The notes under the pieces were generated by a model that did not search any database, was not told where the DNA came from, and was given only the letters and a program-made list of their open reading frames with translations. DNA of 64,000 nt, taken from assembly GCF_006345805.1 (NCBI RefSeq), contig NC_043000.1, forward strand, positions 141,298,001 through 141,362,000. Direction: 5' to 3'. The first letter of the stretch is position 1; each line of letters starts with the position of its first letter. This document shows, piece by piece, positions 26,641 to 39,695 of this stretch. The position numbers were made by a program, and so were the translations under genes. This DNA is from Octopus sinensis. Taxonomy: Eukaryota.

Positions 26641-26803
26641 GCAAGAGATGGGCCTGCAATTCCAGTCTGTTATATATTTTGAGTATTGTTATCACTAGCG
26701 ACATTAAGATATAACTTTGTATTTTGTATTTTATGTGAAGATGTATATATATATATAGATGTATATATAATATGTACACATATATATACACATATATACA
26801 TGC

Positions 26804-26840
26804 ACTAGCACTATGACCCGGCGTTGCCGGGTCATAATGC

Positions 26841-26843
<3 letters not shown>
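26804..26843. other. Micro-palindrome related to Helitron 3' ends
   Basis: ACTAGCAC-TATGACCCGGC-GTT-GCCGGGTCATA-ATGCTA: 11-bp perfect stem plus outer TAGCA/TGCTA. Confidence 0.8.
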
Positions 26844-26876
<33 letters not shown>

Positions 26877-26985
26877 AAGAGAGAGAGAGATAAAACTTAC
26901 TTGGAAAAGGATGCGTAGCGTTCGATCAGATAATAATATAAATACTATATGAATATATGCATATATACATACATATATGTAATAC

Positions 26986-27027
<42 letters not shown>

Positions 27028-27069
27028 ACACACACATATATATATATACATGCATATATGGGTACAGGA

Positions 27070-27270
27070 CATAAAAAACGTTGAACACTATGATAAACGA
27101 AAACATAAAAGCAAAAACATAGAAACGAACTTTTTTCGAACAACGAAGAAACAAACAGAGAACGAGACATACAACATAAAGAATATTCCCCTTCTTCAGT
27201 TGTCCCTGTTTCAGCTATTCCGCGTTTCGAAGGTAAGGACAATACGCGACTTCGATACAATATTTATTTC
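27070..27270. repeat. Dispersed repeat fragment, homologous to about 45300-45490
   Basis: Both show AAACGAAAACAT...TTCTTCAGT...CGTTTCGAAGG.TAA.....GAC.T..CGA in the same orientation. Confidence 0.55.
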
Positions 27271-27434
27271 ACCAGGTGCACCACAACCAATGAATAGAAA
27301 AGCAACCTAAGCAAATGGATGACTACAGGCCATTCCAAAGAGAATAAAAATGGCTCCCTACTTCATGGAGAAGGATTCTACATGAGAATTTTCCTTGATC
27401 AAGGACCAATATGCTTCAATAATATCAAGCAATA

Positions 27435-27484
<50 letters not shown>

Positions 27485-27490
27485 GTACTG

Positions 27491-27531
<41 letters not shown>
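27435..27531. repeat. Inverted trinucleotide microsatellite (TAC)n-(GTA)n
   Basis: A (TAC)n tract switches to its reverse complement around ACTAGTACTGGT. Confidence 0.92.
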
Positions 27532-27658
27532 CATCCATATTTAATTGCTGACACTACAAGGCTCTAATCTATAGTATTTTCAAGTAGCTAAAGTGAGTTG
27601 ATGAACTGCCAGTTCTATCAACAGACTAATCCGCTAACTGGATTGGTTGACCCTAGAC

Positions 27659-27999
27659 CAGGGATGGCCAACCCGAGGTCCACGGGTCACATGCGGCCCT
27701 CAGACTTTTATCGTGTGGTCCGCTTGGTACTTTCTTGAAATTAATTTATTTAAATAATCATTTAAAAAAGTTTTATCAAAAATTAAAGTTTGTAATGAAA
27801 AAGAAATAAGAAATATACAGATACTACTGCTTTTTTTGCATCGATAATATTTCACGTTGAATCAACGATCATTCATTCATTTTTGGAATAATAGCGTGAG
27901 AAAGCAAAATACTTTCCATTCTGTTAGTATCCAAGTGGCTCACAAAAAACTTTCTGTGATTAAAATGGCCCGCAATGTAATTCGAGTTGCCCAGGCCTG
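27659..27999. mobile_element. hAT (Charlie-type) MITE, 341 bp
   Basis: Perfect 8-bp TSD CCCTAGAC (27651-27658, 28000-28007) with a central CTAG; imperfect TIRs CAGGGATGGCCAACCCG / CAGGCCTGGGCAACTCG. Confidence 0.9.
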
Positions 28000-29257
28000 C
28001 CCTAGACTGACCGTTGTCTGAAGAGGCTCTTCTGTTCAGACTGTGTCGTATATTTTCGCCAAATGAAGATCATACGCCGAATAAAGTTCAATACGCCCAA
28101 CATGGCATCCGCCATGCTGCTTCCCATGACTTTGTTGTGACCCGGGCTTAGAGATTTTCCTTGCCATTGCTAAATCAGTACTAGAAGACGAACAGAAACA
28201 CATAATACCAAAAGAATTTCTCAATGACGAAAAAATCATCCGGTCTACCCGATCGTAATCTGGCGCTGAAAATTGAATAAACCTATTATTCTCTTACGTA
28301 ATTTATGAACAAGTTCAACGTAGTGTCTCCGAAAAAGGACAAGAATAGCTATCCAGTTGATGAAAAGGATTATTGAATGTGAAATCTTAGTCAGAACTAT
28401 GAAAGGTCTCAGGTTTGTCTAGCCGGGACAGAACAATGAATTTGCTTTCACTTTCGTTCACCATGCTAACGACTCTGCCAGCTCGCCGCCTTTCTTTGAT
28501 GATAATATCGAGGCCTCAATGACCTGTTTATCAGTTCTTGTGTTCATTAAGTGTTTGTGTTGCCTAATGTCTAGCACGCAAATGTGACATTTAAATACAG
28601 GGCTTCACGAATTGTAATTAGTCGGCTCTTCTTCACTATTGGTAGAGCTCGTCTTGGGGCACCACCATGAAAAAAGCATTTCTATCTAAACTGCTTTTGC
28701 AGTGACGATAAACGAAACTGAAGAAATTTATGAGAATTTACTTACCGATGACTGTTTTGTCTATGACCAGCGATGCACTACATTGCAGTGGGCAAACAAT
28801 ATTCCAGTTTCAAAATATTTGTTGAAAGCAATACTTGTGAATCCAAAGAAAACATTGAATAGATATCTACTATAGGCAAATACAGTTTACTGATGCATAT
28901 TTGCCCAGTTTTCAAATAATTGAGATTATCTTCGGGAAATTTTGATAATAAATTTTTATATTTCGCATTGTCATATCACATTTAGTTTTAGATTTCGATT
29001 AAAATCCACTTTCCCAGCTATCTTCACGATAAACACGGAAAAAATGCACAATGGCAATACGTGTCTGCATCTTATCATAATTGTATCTAAATCGCGCAAA
29101 CATTTTGGAATAGTAACAACTAGTTCCTAACAGACTAACAAAATTTGTTTCCAGAAAAATTAGCAAGATCTAAAGAATCGATAATACTTAATTTAATTTA
29201 ATAATTTTCAACTGCACAAATTCTAATATACTTGCAGACTGAATGTGTTATCTTCAA

Positions 29258-29292
<35 letters not shown>

Positions 29293-29546
29293 TATATACA
29301 TATATATATTATAGATGAGAGACAGATATTCTCCGTATAAAATACACTTCGTAGTGCTCAAGAGGTTTAAATTTGAGCAGGTACCGGAGGAAATGTAAGG
29401 ATAAGCAAGTTAGGTAAGTCGATATATAAACAATATTAAACACATTTAATACAAGAAATGTACATGTGTTTACACATACAAAGATCCGAATTACACAGGA
29501 TAGAAATGATATCAGGAATTAAAAGGGCCGAATAAAAGTTTTACGA

Positions 29547-29616
29547 GTCTAACAGCTGTTTCTGAGGACTTGGTGGTCCCAAATAATGATTGTAAATTTA
29601 TTCCATCATCGGATAA
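29547..29616 (-). ncRNA. Degenerate minimal hammerhead-like motif
   Basis: Minus strand: CCGATGA...GGAC-CACCAA-GTCC-TCA-GAAA-CAGCTGT-T; palindromic stem III; stem I not supported. Confidence 0.4.
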
Positions 29617-29990
29617 TACCAGCCTCCGTCTTCAAGGAAGAAGTTTTGCATATGAGGTATTGAGAGAAAGGAGATTAAACATGGAATGATTTGGCGGAGA
29701 GCTAAGTATATTAGGAGATAGAAGTTGGGAGGTATTTAGATAGAGAGTAGTGGGAGGAGAAAATGAGTTTCAGGGTTAGGGGTTATTAATGAGCCTAGTA
29801 GGATATATTTTAAAGATAAAACCATAACAGGTATTTGGCACATATGGACATGATCCAAAAAGTTCAGCTCTTGAATTTAGACATGGAGTTGGGTCAAAGG
29901 AACATTTCCAGATGAGCCATCTTACCATGTTACGAAGCCTGCACTTGCCACTACCATTGGTATAATGTTTACATGCAAATATATACATAC

Positions 29991-30055
<65 letters not shown>

Positions 30056-30126
30056 GCATACATATATTTATACATACATACAAATATACATAAAATATAG
30101 ATAATACACCATACAACCTGATGTTT

Positions 30127-30174
<48 letters not shown>

Positions 30175-30249
30175 TATATATATATATGTATATATATTAT
30201 ATATATAAAAGTATATATTATATATATACATATATATATACATATATAC

Positions 30250-30327
<78 letters not shown>

Positions 30328-31219
30328 CATATATATATGTATATATATATACACATACATACATGCACATGTATGTATGCATGTATACATACACATGTAT
30401 GTATGTATGTATGTTTGTGTGTATGTGTGTACATATAAACAAGTAGCTGTGTTTAGTTAAGAAGTTCACTTCGTAAACTTAGATTCCGATGTAATTCCGG
30501 GCGGCCTCATACATAGTGAGTAAATATAGTAGATATAAACTGCAAGAACGTACAAGAATGATGCTATTCTGCGATTATCACCGCTTGAGCAAACGATAAC
30601 AAAATTCACATTCGATTTGGACTTATGAATCGCTTATTTGGCAAACAGTGAAAAGTTGGTGACAGAAAAAGCATCCAGGCGTAAAATCCTGTCTCAAAAG
30701 AATTCCCTTTGCAATCCATACAAGCGTGAGAAGACACATACTCAACAAAATGGATATTATAAGAATCGCCTACAATGGCAAATAGTAGCAAAAGTAATCA
30801 CAAGTTAAACTATTTTGCTATGCAGACGAAGAAAGTGGAAACTTTAGCTGGTGAAGATGGAATGTTCGCTGACCAGTAACATTGAAAATATATATTAATC
30901 TCTATCTATCTATCTATCCACAACTATTCGCTTGCATTCCAACAAAGGGTTATGTTGGAAGTTAGCCCCCTTTTCTTCCATCAGTGTGTGTATGTGTGTG
31001 TGTGTGTGGGCGTGTGTATGATATACTGTAAGGTAATTGAATCAGAAGCTTCACAGCCACATTTTCTTCTGCTCACCAACAGTTACTTATTTTTCAATGA
31101 AGCAATTTCATTCCAGAGTAACGTGAAATCACAGAGCTAGTGGACGATTTATTGACAGGAACTGCGCTCACGTATATCATACTATTTTATATTATATTAT
31201 ATTATATTATAGTACACTA

Positions 31220-31530
31220 GTCGCATTTGTTTGTTTGTCCGTGGGCAAGATATCCTAAGAACCGCTGGATGGATACAGATGAAATTTTTAGGGATATTTG
31301 GCTTCGTAACTGGCATGAACTGATTAAATTTGGGGATCGATCCAATACCAGACAAGGATTCTGTACTATTTTTTCTGTTCTTTTACTTAATTTTTGAGAG
31401 CGGTCGGGATCATTTTTAGTATTCTCGTTTGTGAGAGCCGCCGAGTTTATTTCCGATATATTCATTTTAAAAATCATCTCTGACTACTTGTTGAGAGCAC
31501 GTTGGAGTTGCCTTGGCTCTCTGAGTGCTC
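31220..31530 (-). mobile_element. Uninterrupted HINE/DINE-1-like copy lacking the terminal hairpin
   Basis: Colinear with 16218-16429 plus 17082-17240. Confidence 0.75.
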
Positions 31531-31565
31531 TTGTTTATATTGTGATATACTGCATTATTATATTA

Positions 31566-31813
31566 CGAGCAAAACGACCCCGTCCAATGGACGGTGCTGA
31601 GTTGTCAAGCATTTAAACCAAATTTTCTCAAAACAACTTGTCTTTATCGATCACATTCTCACCTGAAATCGACTTTTGTAATTCTTTCAAGGCTTATACA
31701 CATCTTGATTCCGTCGGTATCTACATATCAAATTTGAGCGCAATCGAATGGAGGATGCCCGAGATCCTAGAAGACACACACACAGACAGACAGAACGGAT
31801 TTTATATAATAGA
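31566..31813 (-). mobile_element. Non-autonomous Helitron, 248 bp
   Basis: Minus strand A|TCTATTATATAAAATCCG...(TGTC)n; 3' palindrome CCGTCCATTGGACGG, 10-nt spacer, then CTCG|T (variant of CTAG). Confidence 0.7.
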
Positions 31814-32667
31814 TGATATACTGCATCTCAAGGACCATCAGCGGATGAATGACAGTAATGATCACTTTAAGTTATGCATAAAATCTAGATAAGAAGAGGA
31901 AGATATACTGATATATACAAGATAGAAAGACCTTAAATTTCCATAGAAACTGGGTATTGTTAACAAGGTTTTATTTTTCTTAGTAATGGGTTACACTTGT
32001 TTAAATTAAAATGTTTCTATTTTCTTTGTTAGAGTAGTGCATTAAAAACTAGTGTGGCTCATCCTAGATTACATTACATGATCTTCTGGTTTTAGTTACT
32101 GGGCAGAGGTCTTGCAAGGTCATTGTAACATAGTCTCTCTATATTACTAAAGATTATAATTTTCATTTTTTTCTGCTTCGAACTACTTACTTTGAATTTG
32201 CATTTGATTTAAAGATAATCAAAACATTGCGACGACTTATGTCTGCCAATTGTCATTAAAAATACTGCTCTTAATCGTCAAGCTAGCTCATGGAACCCCA
32301 CTCACTTTCTCTCATCACTTCTCCTTCTAAAGTGACAGAACGAATTTCCATTGTTTATCTCCAAATCGCCAATTGTCAAATTCGTCATTAAACCACTGAA
32401 TTATATTTGAATAATATTATTGTGAAACAAACATTCATTTTGTGAAATATTATTGTGTAAATCTTTAAAGAATGGCAAGATAATCTGCCAAAATTAATCA
32501 CATATGACAATGGACAATATAAGATAATGGGGGATATAACTATGACTTATAAAGAATAATATTATAATAATAAATATCATTAAGATGGGCACAAAGCCAG
32601 AAAGTTGAAAAGGGAATATTAATCGCTTAAGCCATCGTCAGATTATCTCTGATATATATTATATTTT

Positions 32668-32893
32668 AGCGGCGAGCTGGCAGAATCGTTAGCACGCCGG
32701 GCGAAATGCTTTGCGGTATTTCGTCCGCCGCTGCGTTCTGAGTTCAAATTCCGCCGAGGTCGACTTTGCCTTTCATCCTTTGGGGGTCGATAAATTAAGT
32801 ACCAGTTACGCACTGGGGTCGATGTAGTCGACTTAATCCCTTTGTCTGTCCTTGTTTGTCCCCTCTGTGTTTAGCCCCTTGTGGGTAGTAAAA
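32668..32893 (+). mobile_element. tRNA-derived SINE, family B
   Basis: Head GGCGAGCTGGCAGAATCGTTAGC...GAGTTCAAATTCC (A and B boxes); reverse-complement homologue at 58347-58556. Confidence 0.9.
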
Positions 32894-35889
32894 AAATATA
32901 TATATTATATTTTATCGACCCTTTCAAAGTTGAATGTGGAAGTTGAACCTGTGAGTATTTTGAACAGGAAACGTAAAAAAACTGAAATGAATATTGCCTG
33001 ACATTATGACCATGTTCTAACGCTTCTGCCACGCAAACACAATGGTTTTAACATAAGCACAATGCCACAAATTTGTGGCGATTGGATAATCAATAAAATA
33101 GACTCCTGTAGTTGAGTCATTCTTTATTATGTCAAACTCAACAAGATTTGGGTTCAGAAGGTAAAGAGCAGTTACTAAATATTGTCTAGTCTACTTTTGA
33201 ATATGTACTGTTGAATATATCAAGTTCTTGCATGGTAGTGAAAGAGCAAATCAAACTCAACGGGATTTGAGTTCAGAATATAAAGAATCAAAGCAAATAA
33301 GGAGAGACATTTTGTCAATGCCCTGATGTGTCAAGTGTGTCAAGCAATTCACTCACCTATAGAGGTGGATTATAATTCAGTGACAGACAACGTTATGAAT
33401 ATGGGCCCTAGAGAGAAGTGTCTATTGTTATAGTTTTCATATTTCATTGTTTGTTTTCATTTTAAGGTTGTGAGTTAAAATAATTAAATAAAGATAGTAA
33501 GTGTATAGTTTTGATTTTAAATAGAATGCATATTTATAAGCTGCAATGATTCAATATTCATTGTGTTTTAAAAATAGCTAATTCCGTACATTTAAAAAAA
33601 TTGAATGTAAAAAAAAAAAAAGAAAATGTACTGATTTCAAAACTATATCTTCCTCATGTTTTGATTTTGAAAAGGAAATATCAATTATGTACTTCTTTAC
33701 TAAAATGTATTAATTTTAAAGATAAAATGATCATATAGAATCAATTTAAAATTATTTAGGACGTACTCTACTCGGAGTTCGCAACTGAAACGTCACTACA
33801 TTAAAATCGCCATCTAAATATAACCATCAACGAATACACATCGCTAAGAGATATGATGCTGGAATCGACGAAGTCATGTTTCTCAACGGTGTATACTCGA
33901 TGAGTATTTTGATTCAATGTTGTTTCATTTGTGTACATCGATTTTTTCCCATTCGGACCAGCAGCTACTTATATTATCAAGAATTGTATTATTTACTGTT
34001 TCCTATGTATCGAAGGAGGCAGATTTCGTCTCAGCAGATAACCAGTGAGTAGATGTCATTGATAAAGTCCAAGAAGTCTGAATTTCCTTTGGATTTCTTT
34101 TGAATCACTGCCGGGAAAATATTTCCTCTCATCCACATATGCACTGTGTTTTTATCACAGCAAAGCTATGAAGAGATTTTCTCTTGAACGAATATCTAAT
34201 GCATCATACCTCTGCATGGTGAATATTCGTTACGTATGAGAAACACATAGAACGCAGTTATAGTTAGTATGTACCGGAGGACATTTATTATGCTTTCACT
34301 TTTCCTAACATGACGAAGTCTTGACACACAGGATAAATTATGAGATTGCTTAACGGCAAACCATTTGAATAGCTACGTCAGTACGAAAGCTAACACGAAC
34401 AGCAAGTAAAATGATAAAGACCACAAGTGTTACGACGACAAAAATGACAAATGTAATATTAGGAGCCTAAACCAAATGAAAATTGGTTGCATAATATATA
34501 TTAAACTAAACAGATCTTTCGAAGCAATTTGATAATAGAGTTTTCAAAATAACTCAATAAATGAAATATCCGGTGTCGGATATTTCTACTAATAGTAATT
34601 CCACAGCATAGTATATGTACGTATGTATGCAGGTATCTGTGTGTGTTGTGTGTTGTGTGCATGTGTGTTTGTGTGTGTGTGTGTGTGTGGTGTGTGTGTG
34701 TGTGTGAGCGTATATATATATATATATACACGCACATACATATATATACATACACATTAGATACATACATTTATATATATATATATATAAGTTAAAAAAC
34801 GTATGTACAAACGAACGGGAAACAGACAGAGAATGGCCAAGTTGAAAAACATAGTAAATACACAGACGAACGGAAAACAGACACAGAAGATCTTCAACTC
34901 CTCATCAGTTATCGGCCAGAGAGTCAAACGCAATTTCGTACCTTTAACGATACTATTGGTTTCCTTCTGGTGGCAACCGGCAAGAACTGCTGGGAAAAGG
35001 GACCGAAACATAGCAGAAAGAGAACAGACAAACCAGAAATGGTTAAACAAGCAATACAAAAGGTGGACATACGAAAATGAATAAATGTAATTCAAGACAA
35101 GACTGTTAGTGGACAGACGGAGGTAAAAAACGAATTAAATAAACAAACAGAATATAGCCTTAGGGCTAGATGAAGACGAAGTATGGGTAACGCTAAAAGG
35201 GAAATTTTAAAGTATTAGAAATTGACAGCGAAACTGGTTGAAGTTGAGACTAGAGAAACTACATATATATGCTAAGATAATATTGCTTCGACCGTTACAC
35301 GCAAAAGTCGATGCAAACACAAAGTTAGTCATCGTCTTACACCTCAACCGGCATCTACCAACATCCTACCAACTGTCCACTTTAGGAATCCTACCTCTTA
35401 CAGTCTGTGGTCTATAGCGCCATCTTCATATCATTTATGACATCATTTGACATTACACGGTCCTGGCAGTCAATAGATTTAAGAAAGTATTCACCCAATA
35501 CAGGCATTCCTTCGGGTGGCGGTTCAAGGGAAATTCTACCTCCTTGTCCCAATATATCTGGATACCCCAGAACTATCAAAACAATGTCCCAAATATTGCA
35601 AGGAGATTTTTGACAGGCGTTCTGTTTATTCACATGTCGGTCGTAAATGCCTTTGCATAAAACTGCTCATTCCATACTAACCCACAGTATCCATCAATAA
35701 GAAAAAAAATACCCACAGAGATATACTGTGTCAGTAAACGTCAAGCCATTAACCGCAAATTATTTAGATACATGACCTAAGGCATTACCAGCCCACAAAC
35801 AATGTAAAGTATATAAATTCTGGTCTCTGTAGAGAATTGAGGCGTACTTATTATTATTCATGTCGGTTGCATAAATTCATATAAACTGA

Positions 35890-36276
35890 CTAGCAGTATC
35901 GCCCGGCGTTGCTCAGGTTTGTAAGGGAAATAACTATAAAGCATTTTTAGAGAGTTATAGCCAAAAAATAGCAAAAAAATGGAAAAAAAAAAATGATGGT
36001 AAATTTTTTTTTAGTTAAAAAAGGTGGAGTTGCGTCCCCTAGACAGTTTGTGGTTCGTGTTTCTGATTCTCGACCCCATGTCGAATTTATCGATTTTTTT
36101 TCAGAACTGGGGGAACTTTTCAAAATTTTCGCTGCGTTAGTTTTGAATTATGACATTGGGCTATGTGTGTGTCAAGTTTCATCAGAATCGGTTGAAAGCC
36201 GTGGTCAGGGTGAGGGTACAAGCAAACAGACACACAGAAACACGCACAGACAAACTGCCGTTTATATAGAGAGAGA
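35890..36276 (-). mobile_element. Non-autonomous Helitron, complete
   Basis: Minus strand A|TCTCTCTCTATATAAACGG...CCTGAGCAACGCCGGGCGATACTG-CTAG|T; nearly identical to 44757-45139. Confidence 0.9.
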
Positions 36277-37319
36277 TACATCAAATCTATTTTCCCCTAG
36301 TGGAATAATTGTTGTCGCTAAAGTATCATAACCTACAAAATCTCGACTAACAGATCAAGTTAACTTGTCTGCACTACCATGTGTAGTACCCAATCTAAAG
36401 TGTAGTTGTTGCTAAAATACAGAATGTTGAGAAATTTTTACCATCAACTCTGCTCTGCCACGTGGAACTTCCAATAAAATAATTGATGGATTTTATGGTC
36501 TGAAATGACTAATGGTGGCCGAACTATAATTTTTATGAAAGACATTTTAATTTCTTTTCAATTTTTTGCACTCTGGTTCCAAACATTTGATAATGCAGAA
36601 ATATCCTATGCCCTCGAAGTTTTAATTAATCTGGACCTGACTCAAACTCTTATTAAATACGTAAAAGAGGCAACTGTAATCCTGTGTGCAGAGTGCTACT
36701 TTCTGTCCTTTATTCCCTGACTTATGTGCGTATGTATGCGTGTGAGTGTATGTATGTGTGTGTATATACAGTCATATATATACACACATATATATTTATA
36801 GACACATATGTATATATACACGTATATCTATATATATATACATATATATGTATATATATACACAAACATATATATAGAGGCACACACACATATATATATT
36901 TACACACACACGCATATTCACACACACACACACACATACACACACACACATATATATATACGTTGATAGGTTTCGGCCAGTATTGGCCCAGACCATGTCT
37001 AAATAGCACCACCTGGCGAAATCATTCAAATGAGGAATCGAACAACATATATACGAGTGACTAGACAAACGAAAGAAAAAGACACCCAATACAATTAAAA
37101 TGAGTTACATTTATTACCATTTCGAACAGTTTGATTAACCTCCATGTGACTTAAAGTTTTGCAGGCTTCTTAGAGAAACGGGGCTCATTCAAGATCAGTT
37201 AACTGGTCTTGAATGATAGGTTTCTATATGAAGCTTGGGAAATTGTCCCATGACGTCGAGTCAAACTGTTTTAAATAATAATAGTAATAATAATAATAAT
37301 CGTAATAATAATAATAATC

Positions 37320-37381
<62 letters not shown>

Positions 37382-37382
37382 T

Positions 37383-37811
37383 GGAGATATAGTTGTCAGA
37401 GATCATGAAGAAAAAAAATGCTTTCTAATTGATGTATCAATACCGGCAGATGACAACGTGTCTCTAAAAGAAATGGAGAAACTCTCAAAATACAAAGACC
37501 TGGAAACAGAGGTAACCAGAATGTGGAATCTGAAAACAGAAACAATTCCTATCATAGTAGGTGCATTAGGCATGATAAAAAAAAATATTCAGACAGATAC
37601 ATGACAAAAACACCAGGACTTACAAACACATATAACATACAGAAAATTGCACTACTAGGCACTGCACACATCCTACGCAGAACACTTTCCATACAATAAC
37701 CATCAGAACATCACAACAAATCACAACACATACCCAAGGCACACAGAGCTGCGCTCGGTAGTGAAGTGAAAGCACGCTATAAAAATAAAACTACTGAGTA
37801 ATAATAATAAT
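37383..37811 (+). mobile_element. 5'-truncated R4/Dong-like LINE: restriction-like endonuclease end, 3' UTR and (AAT)n tail
   Basis: DIVVRDHEEKKCFLIDVSIPADDNVSLKEMEKLSKYKDLETEVTRMWNLKTETIPIIVGALG (PD-(D/E)xK-type RLE), a frameshift in an A-run, then IQKIALLGTAHILRRTLSIQ* (stop 37697-37699). Confidence 0.88.
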
Positions 37812-37812
37812 A

Positions 37813-37976
37813 CCATCAGAGCATCATACAGTAACCATCAGAGCATCATACAGTAACCATCAGAGCATCACAACAAATCACAGCACATACCCAAGGCAAA
37901 CAGAACAGGCTCGGTAGTGAAGTGAAAGCACGTTATAAAAATAAAACTACTGAATGATAATAATAATAATAATAAT
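37813..37976 (+). mobile_element. Second copy of the same Dong-like 3' UTR with 22-bp 5' stutter
   Basis: CCATCAGAGCATCATACAGTAA x2, then the 3' UTR homologous to 37700-37799 and a (AAT)n tail. Confidence 0.85.
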
Positions 37977-37999
37977 TTTGAAGTTGGAAATGACGATTT

Positions 38000-38276
38000 C
38001 AAGTGGGAAATACAAAGGTTGTGGTTAAAATGAGGTGAGTAGACCTGATAGTAATTGGCACTCAACTACCAACATGGCTGGAAAAGATTGGTGCAAGTGT
38101 AAAAGTAGAACAGTTACAAACATCATCATTTCTTTGAACTGAAAGAATTCTTTACAGGGTTCTTGAAGCATGACCGAAAAACGAGTGTCACTTTAGTCTG
38201 CTGGCTGTGGACAGCTGACACATTCCATTATGCCCAGCAAAAGAAGCTATGAGTTTTTCATCAAATAATAATAATG

Positions 38277-38333
<57 letters not shown>

Positions 38334-38340
38334 TAATAAA
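38000..38340 (+). mobile_element. 3' end of a second R4/Dong-like subfamily
   Basis: VDLIVIG...LPTWLEKIGASVKVEQLQTSSFL*TERILYRVLEA* parallels IPIIVGALG...IQKIALLGTAHILRRTL; distinct 3' UTR; (AAT)n tail 38266-38340. Confidence 0.7.
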
Positions 38341-38967
38341 TGCCCTGATGCAGTAAATGCCCTGATGCAGTACCATGCCCTGATGCAGTACCATGCCCTG
38401 ATGCAGTACCAGGCAGTGGCTCTCATGGCTTCTGATGTTAACTGATTGGAAGTGTTATCATGTACATTGTTTTGTCTTGGTATAAAAGATGGGCTACAGC
38501 AAATATTCTGCTCAATACCACAGATTTGCTTGTCAGTTGTTTGACCTTAACCAGTTGAGCATGTCCCTTAGTGGCTGACGATATGTGCATCTCTGATCAC
38601 GAGCAGAAGTAGTGGGGGAGCATCATAGCCATGTGTTGAGAGGGATGCTTTGGGGTTTGAATAATTCACCTCTGGGAACATGGGTGGTTCTTTCAACATC
38701 CTTAAACAACCCTTATTCGGGGACCGTTTGAGCGGGATGGGCTACTCAACCTGAAGAAAATTCAAACTGGGCCCCACCTGCAAGGTCATGTGCTGTTTAT
38801 CTTGATATGAGATCACCATGTCGCGCACATATGGTTGTGATGCATGTGCCTGGTGTACCTTTATCAGACGGGTAGTCATGTGGGTATATTGGGCTTCGTA
38901 TATTTTACCCCAGTGTCACTTTGATGGCATGAACTGCTCTCTCACTCAATAATAATAATAATAATAA
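38341..38967 (+). mobile_element. Non-coding (AAT)n-tailed retro-element with 5' stutter
   Basis: Four copies of TGCCCTGATGCAGTA(AA/CCA) at the start; ends CTCTCACTC(AAT)n; its 5' part recurs at 38968-39108. Confidence 0.7.
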
Positions 38968-39108
38968 ATGCCCTAATGCAGTACCAGGCAGTGATCCTCT
39001 TTGCTTCTGATCTTAGCTGATTGGAAGTGTTATCATGTACGTTGTTTTGCCTTGGTATGAAAGATGGGCTACAGCAGATATTCTGCTCAATACCACAGAT
39101 TTGCTAAA
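38968..39108 (+). mobile_element. Truncated second copy of the 38341 element
   Basis: ATGCCCTAATGCAGTACCAGGCAGTG...CTGCTCAATACCACAGATTTGCT aligns to about 38395-38530. Confidence 0.8.
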
Positions 39109-39451
39109 CAATTTACCTAGCTTGTCTAATTATTCTTCAAGTTCATTGCCTTAAAGATTAATTGCATCAAAATAGGGAGTAGTGGGACAATATACAAACA
39201 AATATATCCGTAAACACTTTGGAACATGATTTGCTTGTCTATGTGTTTAAGACATTCAATTCGTCATCATGATTTGATTAATGGTACATAAAAAGGATTT
39301 TTGACAGACTCCACGGAAGCTTCTCATATGTATATGGCATACATACAAATATGCATGGATGCATACAAATAGATATATAAACATGCAAACATACATACAT
39401 ACATATATATATGTATGTATACACACAAACACACATACACACACACACACA

Positions 39452-39483
<32 letters not shown>

Positions 39484-39695
39484 ATGTGAAATAGAAAGAT
39501 GAATAATCTTGTAGTAGATTAATCAACAGTTTAACCGATACCTTAGTAGCAAAAATCACACCAGTAAACAGCACGGTTGGAGGTACAACCATCTGGCGTT
39601 GCAACCGTGCGTTGGTGCGGATAATTGAAATTAAAACATTATTGGTAAATTGAAGAAATGGAGCTGAACGCAGATTGAACAGAAATCGTTTATTT

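Noticed and set aside
27190-27245. GAAAC...CTGAAGA motifs in reversed order (also about 34900 and 45420) suggesting type II hammerheads
   Set aside because: Stem II could not be paired across the core; likely pieces of adjacent degenerate motifs.
28036-28275. Minus-strand ORF with acceptor- and donor-like flanks; plus-strand acceptor at about 28702 with a 57-codon frame
   Set aside because: Translations unrecognisable and stop-terminated; a SINE relic lies between them; unsupported without RNA data.
35407-35633. Overlapping ORFs on both strands in a GC-richer patch
   Set aside because: No family motif recognised; possibly an old repeat.
38338-38410. Short direct repeats resembling a CRISPR array (also 37813-37870 and 41522-41640)
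   Set aside because: Contiguous tandem units with no unique spacers, no cas genes, eukaryotic context.
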